A DNA stretch of 64,000 bases from a virus, in the IMG/VR virus record IMGVR_UViG_3300048908_000112, positions 1 to 64,000 of that record. The stretch is one strand, 5' to 3'. The notes under the pieces were generated by a model. The model searched no databases, was not told where the DNA came from, and saw nothing but the letters and a program-made list of their open reading frames with translations. Below, piece after piece: positions 51,946-58,913 of the stretch (its first letter is position 1; every line of letters begins with the position of its first letter). The position numbers were made by a program, and so were the translations under genes.

Positions 51946-52162
51946 ATCTGCTCCTCAGTGGTGAATTAGGTTGAGGGCCGCTAGTTCCCTCGGTTCGGCG
52001 TTGTGCTGCAGACACGCGGCGCCAGCGGTAGAACTCAGTTCGATTCCAATGCTTCCGCCCGCCTTACTTCGCGAGACGATGGAATGCTGGTGGCACCGCG
52101 AATGAACAAGATCGCAGCGATGGCGACTAGCGCCCAGATAGCGCCTATCGATTGGATGGTGG

Positions 52163-52747
52163 TCATTTGGCGGCCTCCAGAATGGCGCGGGCGAATGCGA
52201 CTGCATCAAAATCATCGACCGTCACGCCGCATGCCATGCTTGTGCTCTTGAAGTCGCAGGCAAGCACAATGATTTCTGCATCTGTCATCGGTTCCGGCCC
52301 GCTGGCATGGCACGCATCACACTGATGCAGATGCTTCCGCGTCGAGTCGCTGGTGTGCCAGGGATCATCAACCTGCACGCCGCAAAAGTCACAGGTAAGC
52401 GGTGCATCTTGCGCCGCCTTCGGCTCGCTGGCGGGGTGGGCAGGTAACGGAACTTCCCACTGTCCTTTCAAGAAGGGGCCGTCCGGATCAGCCCACAGCT
52501 TTTCCATAATCTTCTTGCCTTCCTCCAGCGCATCGACGGCTGGCTTTGGCGAGGGGGCGGGCATCGTCAGGACCGTTCCAACCGTGAAATACTCGTCTGG
52601 AAGCATGTCCGCGAACTCCGGGTTGCACGCGAGAATGTGCCGCCATTCAGCCTCGTTGCCACACTGGCGCAGCGCGATACCCATCACCGAGTCGCCGTCC
52701 TGCGTCACATAAGTCGGTGCTTCGATTCCTGCGAGGTTCATGTTCAT
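52163..52747 (-). CDS. LysM-like domain protein (194 aa)
   Basis: YVTQDGDSVMGIALRQCGNEAEWRHILACNP...GTVLTMP resembles LysM. C-terminal half has CDFC...CDAC. Confidence 0.55.
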   Translation of the reverse strand: MNMNLAGIEAPTYVTQDGDSVMGIALRQCGNEAEWRHILACNPEFADMLPDEYFTVGTVLTMPAPSPKPAVDALEEGKKIMEKLWADPDGPFLKGQWEVPLPAHPASEPKAAQDAPLTCDFCGVQVDDPWHTSDSTRKHLHQCDACHASGPEPMTDAEIIVLACDFKSTSMACGVTVDDFDAVAFARAILEAAK

Positions 52748-52929
52748 GATGATTTCCTTTCTCCACGTTCAAATTTTTCACGTCCGTCGAAAGCATCGTG
52801 AACGTGAGCCTGTGCTTCTTCGTGCCAGTACACACCGCATTTGCAGTCGAAGGGAAAATGAATTTCCACTTCGTCTTCGGGCATGATGTGCCGCCCCGCG
52901 AAATCTGTGTCGACAATTACCCAGGTCAT
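52744..52929 (-). CDS. Hypothetical protein (61 aa)
   Basis: ATG 52929 after a GGGAAG SD. The track start at 52947 is also possible. Confidence 0.5.
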   Translation of the reverse strand: MTWVIVDTDFAGRHIMPEDEVEIHFPFDCKCGVYWHEEAQAHVHDAFDGREKFERGERKSS

Positions 52930-52930
52930 C

Positions 52931-53050
52931 TCAGTACTTCCCTGCAATCAGTTGCGATGCGAGAAAGCGCATCGAGAGCTTCGTCTGTGCGTCGCTGAAG
53001 TACGGCGTGTTCCTGACGTAGGAAATAAGGCGGCGGGCGGTTTGGCTCAT
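52931..53050 (-). CDS. Possible micro-protein (39 aa)
   Basis: MSQTARRLISYVRNTPYF... fills the gap in a tightly packed operon. Confidence 0.3.
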   Translation of the reverse strand: MSQTARRLISYVRNTPYFSDAQTKLSMRFLASQLIAGKY

Positions 53051-53092
53051 GGTTTCTCGCGATAGAACCGGTTATCTGTCTTGTCGGTCATG

Positions 53093-53209
53093 TCAGTCCC
53101 TCCAGAAGCCTTCTTCCCAAGGCTCGCGCATGAACTCATCGAGGAAATCCTTGTAGGCCGCAATCCCGCCCCAAGCCCGGTACTCCATGTATTCGATTAG
53201 CATGCACAT
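53093..53209 (-). CDS. Possible micro-protein (38 aa)
   Basis: MCMLIEYMEYRAWGGIAAYKDFLDEFMREPWEEGFWRD. Confidence 0.3.
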   Translation of the reverse strand: MCMLIEYMEYRAWGGIAAYKDFLDEFMREPWEEGFWRD

Positions 53210-53211
53210 AG

Positions 53212-53337
53212 TCAGCACCCCGCCAGATTCGCGACGCCAGCTATCCCCTGCTCGCGCCACGACATGATCGTCTGCGCGTTCGGGCGGTTCAGTTCGATTA
53301 GCCAGAATGTGTAAAGGCAGCGGTAGAGTTCGATCAT
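53212..53337 (-). CDS. Possible micro-protein (41 aa)
   Basis: MIELYRCLYTFWLIELNRPNAQTIMSWREQG... Confidence 0.3.
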   Translation of the reverse strand: MIELYRCLYTFWLIELNRPNAQTIMSWREQGIAGVANLAGC

Positions 53338-53345
53338 GGCTAGCC

Positions 53346-53561
53346 TCACGCGATCAGGTTGTATGTGCGCTTCCGAGTCAGCGTGCAGTGCGTGTTCTCG
53401 AAGTAGCTGTAGAGGACGGCTTCCTCATGGATCGGCGATTCGAACAGGAACAGGTTGCCGCGACGCTCAAGCACCTTCGCTTCCGGTATCAGATGCGGCA
53501 GATCGTCGACCATCTCGACGGCGTTCTCGTCTCTCGCGATCAGGACGTATTCTTGGTTCAT
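53346..53561 (-). CDS. Hypothetical protein (71 aa)
   Basis: Clean ORF. Confidence 0.5.
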   Translation of the reverse strand: MNQEYVLIARDENAVEMVDDLPHLIPEAKVLERRGNLFLFESPIHEEAVLYSYFENTHCTLTRKRTYNLIA

Positions 53562-53562
53562 G

Positions 53563-53703
53563 TCAGCACCAGGTTATCTCTGAGTAGTCAACCGAACGAA
53601 CCAGCGTCGAGTTGACGTACTGGTCGAAGTGGCGGGCGAACCGGAGAATGTAGTTGCTGATCTTCGGTGCGAAGGCTCTGACACCGTAATCGGAATAGAA
53701 CAT
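53563..53703 (-). CDS. Hypothetical protein (46 aa)
   Basis: ATG after an AGGAGA SD. GC3 about 74% by eye. Confidence 0.45.
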   Translation of the reverse strand: MFYSDYGVRAFAPKISNYILRFARHFDQYVNSTLVRSVDYSEITWC

Positions 53704-54358
53704 GGTGGTCTCCTGTAGGAGTACTGAAAGCGCTGGCTAAAGCAGCGCGTTAGGTAATCTGTGCAGTGTTCAGGTCGTGGCGACTGGAAACCGTTCGCTA
53801 CCAGCACTTTCGATATGGTCATTGCCCAGGGGTTGAACCCGGCAATCGCCACGCCTGAAAACTGCTCACGTGCGAGACCAGTTTCCCGGTCCCGCACGGA
53901 TTAATGCGGTAACTTTTCATCCATTACCTCGCCATGGAATGACCTTCTAGGGGCGCCGCTTTCACGGTCAATCAACGGGCCAGCCGCTGATGTTTTCGGT
54001 ATTTTGTGAAACTCTCAGCCTACCGGACGGGGCTGGGCGCGCTCTTTCGAGGGCATTCCGTTTATCCATGTTGCAGTCTCGAATGTCGTCAGGGCTGGCG
54101 GCTGATCCATCGCTCAGTGGGCAGATGAATTCCACCTATTGCCTGCCGGACTCGAACCGGCACAGCCACCAGCACTGACTAACACTCGAAACCACGTTGT
54201 TAATGAACATTCGCGACCCCGACTCTGTCAGGCGCGATTTGCTGCTACTGCTTTGGTGGAATCGGGCCGGTGCTGATCTCCGGCTTGACGGTTGCATTGG
54301 GACCGACAACTACGGGCACGCGCGCATCAGCCTGCGCATTCCGATTCCATCAAAACAG

Positions 54359-54652
54359 TTACTGCGCTTGCTGCCGCATCACGTTGCGACGAACGTCAGC
54401 GCAGCTACGAAGATCAAGGCCGCCGTACTGCGACTGAATCCATTCGACCGCGGCACGGTTCGCAGCGGCACGAGCGCGATTCGCTTTGACGTGATGCGCG
54501 CGGACAGCGGCGTCGGTCGAGGGCAAAACTTCGATCGAAGCGAACATGCCGAAGTTGTCATAGCCGTACTGGACTTGCGAAGCGTCGGTCGGCAGTTCAG
54601 CCTTTACCCAGGAACCATCGTGAAACGTGATCTTGCAGATTGCCGTGCTCAT
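54359..54652 (-). CDS. First gene of the PL-type operon (98 aa), function unknown
   Basis: ATG 54652 after an AAGGAG SD. Contains an Arg/Ala-rich stretch KANRARAAANRAA. Occupies the position of lambda N, but I recognise no homology. Confidence 0.55.
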   Translation of the reverse strand: MSTAICKITFHDGSWVKAELPTDASQVQYGYDNFGMFASIEVLPSTDAAVRAHHVKANRARAAANRAAVEWIQSQYGGLDLRSCADVRRNVMRQQAQ

Positions 54653-54696
54653 CTCGATCTCCTTGGCTGGTGTGCGTTGTTTGCTGCGATGGATGA

Positions 54697-54746
54697 AGCA
54701 TAGCACAAGCTAAAACTGTGTTGCAAGTGCTACTTGTGCGCACAAG
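54697..54746 (-). promoter_or_regulatory. PL-type promoter with operators
   Basis: Minus strand TTGCAA (54726-54721), 18-nt spacer, TATGCT (54702-54697). CTTGTGC abuts the -10. Perfect palindrome CTTGTGCGCACAAG at 54733-54746. Confidence 0.5.
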
Positions 54747-54747
54747 C

Positions 54748-54770
54748 AAAAAAATCCCGCCGAAGCGGGA
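54748..54770 (-). terminator. Rho-independent terminator of the repressor transcript
   Basis: Minus strand TCCCGC-ttcg-GCGGGA followed by TTTTTTT. Confidence 0.75.
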
Positions 54771-54916
54771 ACGTTGTCTAGTGTGGGAGTTTCTTTACAG
54801 CCTGGATGGCTTTTAGTAGGTGATATGCAATCTCGTTTATTAGCTGCTTCGCATCACTGTCCGATTCCTCGTGTTCGTTGCTCTCAGGCGTGCGGCGTTG
54901 TCTATAGGCGTTTAAG

Positions 54917-55432
54917 TCAACTACCGCGTCGTTTTGGAACTGCATGTTTTACCCCGGATGGTTGGTCGCGGGCCAATACTTCACGTGCATGTTGCTCGGC
55001 CTCATCCAGCTTCGGCGCCGGGTGGTCGGTCAAAGAAGGCATATCAAGTCCCGCTTGTGCATATTCGGGGTGTTCGGCCTCGAACGCAAGTAGCAGTAGA
55101 GCCGTGTGAAGCGCAAACGTTTTACGTGCCAGTTCGCCAGCCTTGTCAAAACGTATGACGCACTGAATTAGCTCATCCGCTTCGTCGGACAGAGGGGGTA
55201 AACCGCCTTTGATCGGGGCTTCGCCACCTGCATGAATTCCAAAAAGCAGATACCACGGTGTGGTTTTTAGCACGCCCGCAAGGGGCTCGAGGTTTTCTAT
55301 CTTCGGATACGTGCCGTCATCCTTCGCCCACTGCTGGACGCTCTGGTATGTCACCGAGCATGCGTCGGCTACGGCCTTATTTGTAAGGCCGGAATCGGAA
55401 ATCAGCTTCCTCAGTCGTTTGTGAAAGTTCAT
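54917..55432 (-). CDS. Immunity repressor (CI analogue) with XRE-type HTH and no S24 peptidase domain
   Basis: LRKLISDSGLTNKAVADACSVTYQSVQQWAKD is the HTH. Divergent from the Cro-like gene. The C-terminal half lacks the Ser/Lys autoprotease signature. Confidence 0.8.
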   Translation of the reverse strand: MNFHKRLRKLISDSGLTNKAVADACSVTYQSVQQWAKDDGTYPKIENLEPLAGVLKTTPWYLLFGIHAGGEAPIKGGLPPLSDEADELIQCVIRFDKAGELARKTFALHTALLLLAFEAEHPEYAQAGLDMPSLTDHPAPKLDEAEQHAREVLARDQPSGVKHAVPKRRGS

Positions 55433-55442
55433 AGATTAAATG

Positions 55443-55510
55443 TTGCCCACAAGGAAAGCCTGTGGCAACGTAACTTTTGCTTGTGTTACAAGCGGCACTT
55501 GTGCTAGGAT
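55443..55510. promoter_or_regulatory. PR/PRM operator-promoter region
   Basis: GCTTGT-gtt-ACAAGC palindrome (55479-55493), GCACTTGTGC (55495-55504) abutting -10 TAGGAT (55505-55510), -35 TTGTGT (55481-55486), and imperfect inverted repeat TTGCCCACAAGG/CCTGTGGCAA (55443-55468). Confidence 0.5.
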
Positions 55511-55540
55511 GACTTCAGACTCATTAAACGCACACGAGCC

Positions 55541-55831
55541 ATGAACCAAGCACTCGAAGACGCTATCGCCAAGTTTGATTCCATCGCCGACATGGCGCGG
55601 CAAATGGGCGTCACTTACCAGGCGATTCAAGATTGGCGTAAGCGGGGCCGGGTTCCGGCTGACCGCTGCATCAAGCTCGCCGAACTGACGGGGATAAGCC
55701 GCGAAGCACTCGTCGGGTGGCCTCCTGAGGATACTACCGATCGGTCCGCAGCCAGCGATGACACGCAAGGACTCGGCGGCACGCCGGATCGCAAACTCAA
55801 AGAATCGCAGATGCCGAGGGCGGTGGCGTAA
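55541..55831 (+). CDS. Cro-like HTH regulator
   Basis: SIADMARQMGVTYQAIQDWRKRGRVPADRCIKLAELTGISRE is YdaS/Cro-type. Confidence 0.75.
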   Translation: MNQALEDAIAKFDSIADMARQMGVTYQAIQDWRKRGRVPADRCIKLAELTGISREALVGWPPEDTTDRSAASDDTQGLGGTPDRKLKESQMPRAVA

Positions 55832-56518
55832 ATGTCGAGGCTCGATCCGAAACTCGATCCCAAAAAGGTGCGCATGGGCGAACTTTACGTCAGCGGCGAA
55901 TCGCTTTCGTCCATCGCGATGAAATTTGATATCTCCGCGCAATACGTTCAGCGGTGCCTTGAGCAGATCGGCATCCCGCGTCGCCCTAAGGGTGCCCAAA
56001 AGGACGTCGCTATCCACGACAAGCGGAAAGAGGAAATTGCATCCCTTTTTCGCAGCGGGGTCACTCCGGAGCAAATCGGACGTCATTTCGGGTTCTCGCG
56101 AACAATCGTTTGGCGATATCTCGTCGAAATACGTAAATCGCCCGATGTCGATGAATCGCTCAAATACGACTTTGATTGCGCTCAGTACGCTCGTCGCACC
56201 GGTCTCAGCGTGGATCAGTTTCCGTCCTTGGCCGATGCGCGCAAGGCGTGGATCGGATTTCGCGACCAGCGAAATAGCGCGGTTGGTGCGCGCGGTATCG
56301 CGTGGGAGATGACCTTCGCGGAATGGTGGCAAATATGGAAAGAGTCCGGCCACTGGCATGCGCGAGGGCACACGGGCGATGGATATGTTATGGGCCGGCT
56401 CGGTGATATTGGCCCATACAAGGTCGGGAACGTTCACATCATCACCAGTTCGCAAAATCTTTCTGACGCATGGTCTTACTGCAGAACGAGACCAGTAGGA
56501 CGCAAAAAGAAGAAATAA
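55832..56518 (+). CDS. HTH protein with C-terminal homing-endonuclease-like module
   Basis: Two HTH segments (SLSSIAMKFDISAQYVQRCL and PEQIGRHFGFSRTIVWRYL). C-terminus MTFAEWWQIWKESGHWHARGHTGDGYVMGRLGDIGPYKVGNVHIITSSQN resembles the 48050-48901 module. Confidence 0.55.
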   Translation: MSRLDPKLDPKKVRMGELYVSGESLSSIAMKFDISAQYVQRCLEQIGIPRRPKGAQKDVAIHDKRKEEIASLFRSGVTPEQIGRHFGFSRTIVWRYLVEIRKSPDVDESLKYDFDCAQYARRTGLSVDQFPSLADARKAWIGFRDQRNSAVGARGIAWEMTFAEWWQIWKESGHWHARGHTGDGYVMGRLGDIGPYKVGNVHIITSSQNLSDAWSYCRTRPVGRKKKK

Positions 56519-56599
56519 CAATCAGCCCGACGTACCGGGCAAACATAAAAAGGTCTTCGCCAGGAACTTGGGGGCGGTAGTTCATATGTTGAAACCTTG

Positions 56600-56629
56600 A
56601 ATGGCGGCATTGATTGTTGCCATTTTTTC
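56600..56629 (+). terminator. tR1-like intrinsic terminator
   Basis: AATGGCGGCA-ttgat-TGTTGCCATT (with G-U pairs) then TTTTTT. Confidence 0.65.
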
Positions 56630-56687
56630 AGAAAAGGTCAGTCAACTGGAATTCAACTGTCTGCAACATCCTGCAAGGAGCTTTGAT

Positions 56688-57068
56688 ATGCAACAGCGCG
56701 AAATGGGAATCTTTGGGGAACTCCGTCCGATCACGGACGCGCCGGTTGAGTTGGTGAAGATGTGTGATGACGAGCTGGAGGCGATTCACTTGTGCATCCA
56801 GCTTGGATCACACACGCACGACTACATCGGGAAGAAGTTGGGTATCGACCGCGGCCACTTTAGCCGCATGTTGAGCGGCGCGGCCGGCTTCCCAACGACG
56901 AAACGCCTGGCGCTCATGCGCTTATGTGGGAACCGGGCGCCAGTGCAGTACGAGGTGATGAATATCGGGATGGATGGCTGCGTAGACGAAAACGCGGCTC
57001 TCCGGGGCAAGGTCGCTGCCCTTGAAGCGGCTCTGGCAGCAATGCTGCATTCGCCGAGGGCCGCATGA
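56688..57068 (+). CDS. HTH DNA-binding protein at the cII position
   Basis: ATG after an AAGGAG SD. HDYIGKKLGIDRGHFSRMLSG is the HTH. Confidence 0.55.
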   Translation: MQQREMGIFGELRPITDAPVELVKMCDDELEAIHLCIQLGSHTHDYIGKKLGIDRGHFSRMLSGAAGFPTTKRLALMRLCGNRAPVQYEVMNIGMDGCVDENAALRGKVAALEAALAAMLHSPRAA

Positions 57069-57238
57069 CGCTACACAAACGCAACGAACTCGAACGCGCC
57101 CAATGGGACGCGTATCTGGCCCGTCAGGACGCGTCCGTAGTCGAGCGTGTCTTGCGGTCTCCGGTGACGCTCGTTCTGTGCCTCATTGGCATCGGCGCGT
57201 TCGCGGTCGGGACTGTGGTCCTTTTGCTGAGGGGTTGA
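57065..57238 (+). CDS. Small membrane protein (57 aa)
   Basis: C-terminal helix VTLVLCLIGIGAFAVGTVVLLL. ATGA coupling. Below the track cutoff. Confidence 0.4.
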   Translation: MTLHKRNELERAQWDAYLARQDASVVERVLRSPVTLVLCLIGIGAFAVGTVVLLLRG

Positions 57239-57239
57239 G

Positions 57240-57410
57240 ATGAAACGTGACTTGCTGAATCAGGCGCCGACCAAATGGCGCGATCAGGCCGCACTGGCAC
57301 AGAAGATCGGCCAGACGCGCAAGAAGGCTGAGAAACACCAGCTCGTCACGCTTCTGTGCGACTCGCTGGCGCGCATGACTGAAAAGCCGAAGCATCGGAG
57401 GCCGCTGTGA
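57240..57410 (+). CDS. Hypothetical basic protein (56 aa)
   Basis: MKRDLLNQAPTKWRDQ... fills the gap. Confidence 0.4.
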   Translation: MKRDLLNQAPTKWRDQAALAQKIGQTRKKAEKHQLVTLLCDSLARMTEKPKHRRPL

Positions 57411-57577
57411 ATGTCAGAACGCCAATTCATATCGATCCGCTGATCGGCGAGGTATTCGAGCTCCTTTATCGCATGCAGGAGTGCAAGACGCGTGAGCCGT
57501 TCGTCTGGATGGCGTCCGATGCGATCCGGAAGCTGGGGCAGTACGAAGAGCAACAGAAACTGAATAAGGAACATTGA
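57407..57577 (+). CDS. Hypothetical protein (56 aa)
   Basis: GTGA-coupled GTG start. Confidence 0.4.
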   Translation: MNVRTPIHIDPLIGEVFELLYRMQECKTREPFVWMASDAIRKLGQYEEQQKLNKEH

Positions 57578-57578
57578 A

Positions 57579-58004
57579 ATGAGCTACGGGTTTGTGTACG
57601 TCCTCGGGCATCACTGCATGCCCGGGGTTTATAAGGTTGGTTTCACCGAGCGCAGCCCGCGTGCGCGCTTGGAGGAGCTTAGCAAAAGCACGTCCGTTCC
57701 CGGTGACTTTGACCTGATCTGCTACGCGGAATATGAGAACCCGCGCCAGCGTGAACAGGAAATCCATAGTCTGCTTGAGAAATTCAGAGTCACGCCTGAT
57801 CGCGAGTTCTTTAAATGCGACCTCATGCACATCACCAACTTGGTGATGGATGAAGAAGAGGCGGTTTCTCTTTGCGAGCACCAGAAGGACGCATTTCTGT
57901 ATAGCGATAGCCCGCTTTTCCGCGAACGGCTTCGCGCAGCAGAGCAAATGGCTCGCGATGTTGGAATTGAGCCGGCACAGAATCGCGCCGCAGCGGGAGC
58001 ATAA
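57579..58004 (+). CDS. T5orf172/GIY-YIG-superfamily domain protein
   Basis: GFVYVLGHHCMPGVYKVGFTERSPRARLEELS...EQEIHSLL...REFFKC. Confidence 0.7.
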   Translation: MSYGFVYVLGHHCMPGVYKVGFTERSPRARLEELSKSTSVPGDFDLICYAEYENPRQREQEIHSLLEKFRVTPDREFFKCDLMHITNLVMDEEEAVSLCEHQKDAFLYSDSPLFRERLRAAEQMARDVGIEPAQNRAAAGA

Positions 58005-58913
58005 ATGGATTGGTTCCGCTGGTGGCATGGCACGGTGACCGACCCGAAGTTTCAATGGGTCGCGCGTCGTTGCAAGCAGCCTGCCGCAAACGTCGTTTCA
58101 GTTTGGGCGTGTCTGCTTGAGTGCGCTAGCAATGCAACGCAATGCAACGCGGACGCAACGAGAGGCAACGTTGCATCGTTCGACTGCAACGTCATCGATG
58201 TTTTGCTCGGTCTGGATGATGGGTCTGTGAAGGCGATTTTCGACGCGATGACTGAGAAAGGCCTGATCGAAAACGGAAGGCTGACGATGTGGGATGCGAG
58301 ACAGCCGAAGCGTGAAGATTCTGGCAATCCCAATACTGGCGCGCTTTCTAGCACTGAGCGGAGTCGTCTGCACAGAGAAAAGGTGAAACGCGAAGCGACG
58401 CATGCAACGGAAATGCAACGCAATGCAACGCACGGCAACGACAGAGAAGATAAGAGTAGAGAAGAGATTAAAGAGGCTAACGCCTCTGTCGACAGCAACG
58501 CTAACGCGTCGTCTGTCGACCTGCTTGGCGATGGCATCCAGGAAGAGATCGATAGAACCGAAGGCGCATTGCACTGCCCAGTTGCTCGCATCGTAAGCGC
58601 GTATCACGAACTCATGCCGAAGAACCCGCGCGTCAAGGTTCTGAGTGACAAGCGCAAGAGATCGATAGCGGCGCGTTGGCGGGATGCTGCATCGCTTGAT
58701 TGCGAGCCGTTCGGATATTCGACGGTCGCGGACGGGCTGAAGGCATGGAAGGAATTCTTCGTGGTCTGCTCGGAATCGGATTTCTTGACAGGCAGGGGGC
58801 GTCCCAGACCAGGACAACCACCGTTTCTCGCTGACATCGACTTTTTAATGTCGCCGGATGGTTTTGCGAAGTGCATTGAAAACAAGTATCACCGCGAGGT
58901 TAATGAACAATGA
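58005..58913 (+). CDS. Replication initiator/replisome organiser (O-like) carrying internal iterons
   Basis: N-terminus WFRWWHGTVTDPKF...VWACLLECAS. C-terminus resembles the conserved phage C-terminal domain (...DFLTGRGR...FLADIDFLMSPDGFAKCIEN). Lies directly upstream of DnaB. Confidence 0.75.
   Translation: MDWFRWWHGTVTDPKFQWVARRCKQPAANVVSVWACLLECASNATQCNADATRGNVASFDCNVIDVLLGLDDGSVKAIFDAMTEKGLIENGRLTMWDARQPKREDSGNPNTGALSSTERSRLHREKVKREATHATEMQRNATHGNDREDKSREEIKEANASVDSNANASSVDLLGDGIQEEIDRTEGALHCPVARIVSAYHELMPKNPRVKVLSDKRKRSIAARWRDAASLDCEPFGYSTVADGLKAWKEFFVVCSESDFLTGRGRPRPGQPPFLADIDFLMSPDGFAKCIENKYHREVNEQ
58131..58191 (+). repeat. Iteron cluster 1 (GCAACG x5, ~10-bp phasing)
   Basis: aATGCAACGC aATGCAACGC ggacGCAACG agagGCAACG ...ctGCAACG. 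Confidence 0.65.
58401..58500 (+). repeat. Iteron cluster 2 (GCAACG x4 at 10-11 bp) plus purine-rich tract and a fifth copy
   Basis: catGCAACGg aaatGCAACG caatGCAACG cacgGCAACG, then acagagaagataagagtagagaagagattaaagagg, then ...gacaGCAACG. Confidence 0.65.

Noticed and set aside
52030-52060. CAGTTCGATTCCAATGC, another T-loop-like word
   Set aside because: No complementary T stem and no cloverleaf can be built. It overlaps a plausible 42-aa membrane micro-ORF on the minus strand.
54774-55109. 111-aa plus-strand ORF in the repressor region, or a rex-like gene between the repressor and its terminator
   Set aside because: It is antisense to the repressor gene with poor composition. The 146-nt stretch between the repressor stop and the terminator has no ORF longer than a few codons on the minus strand.
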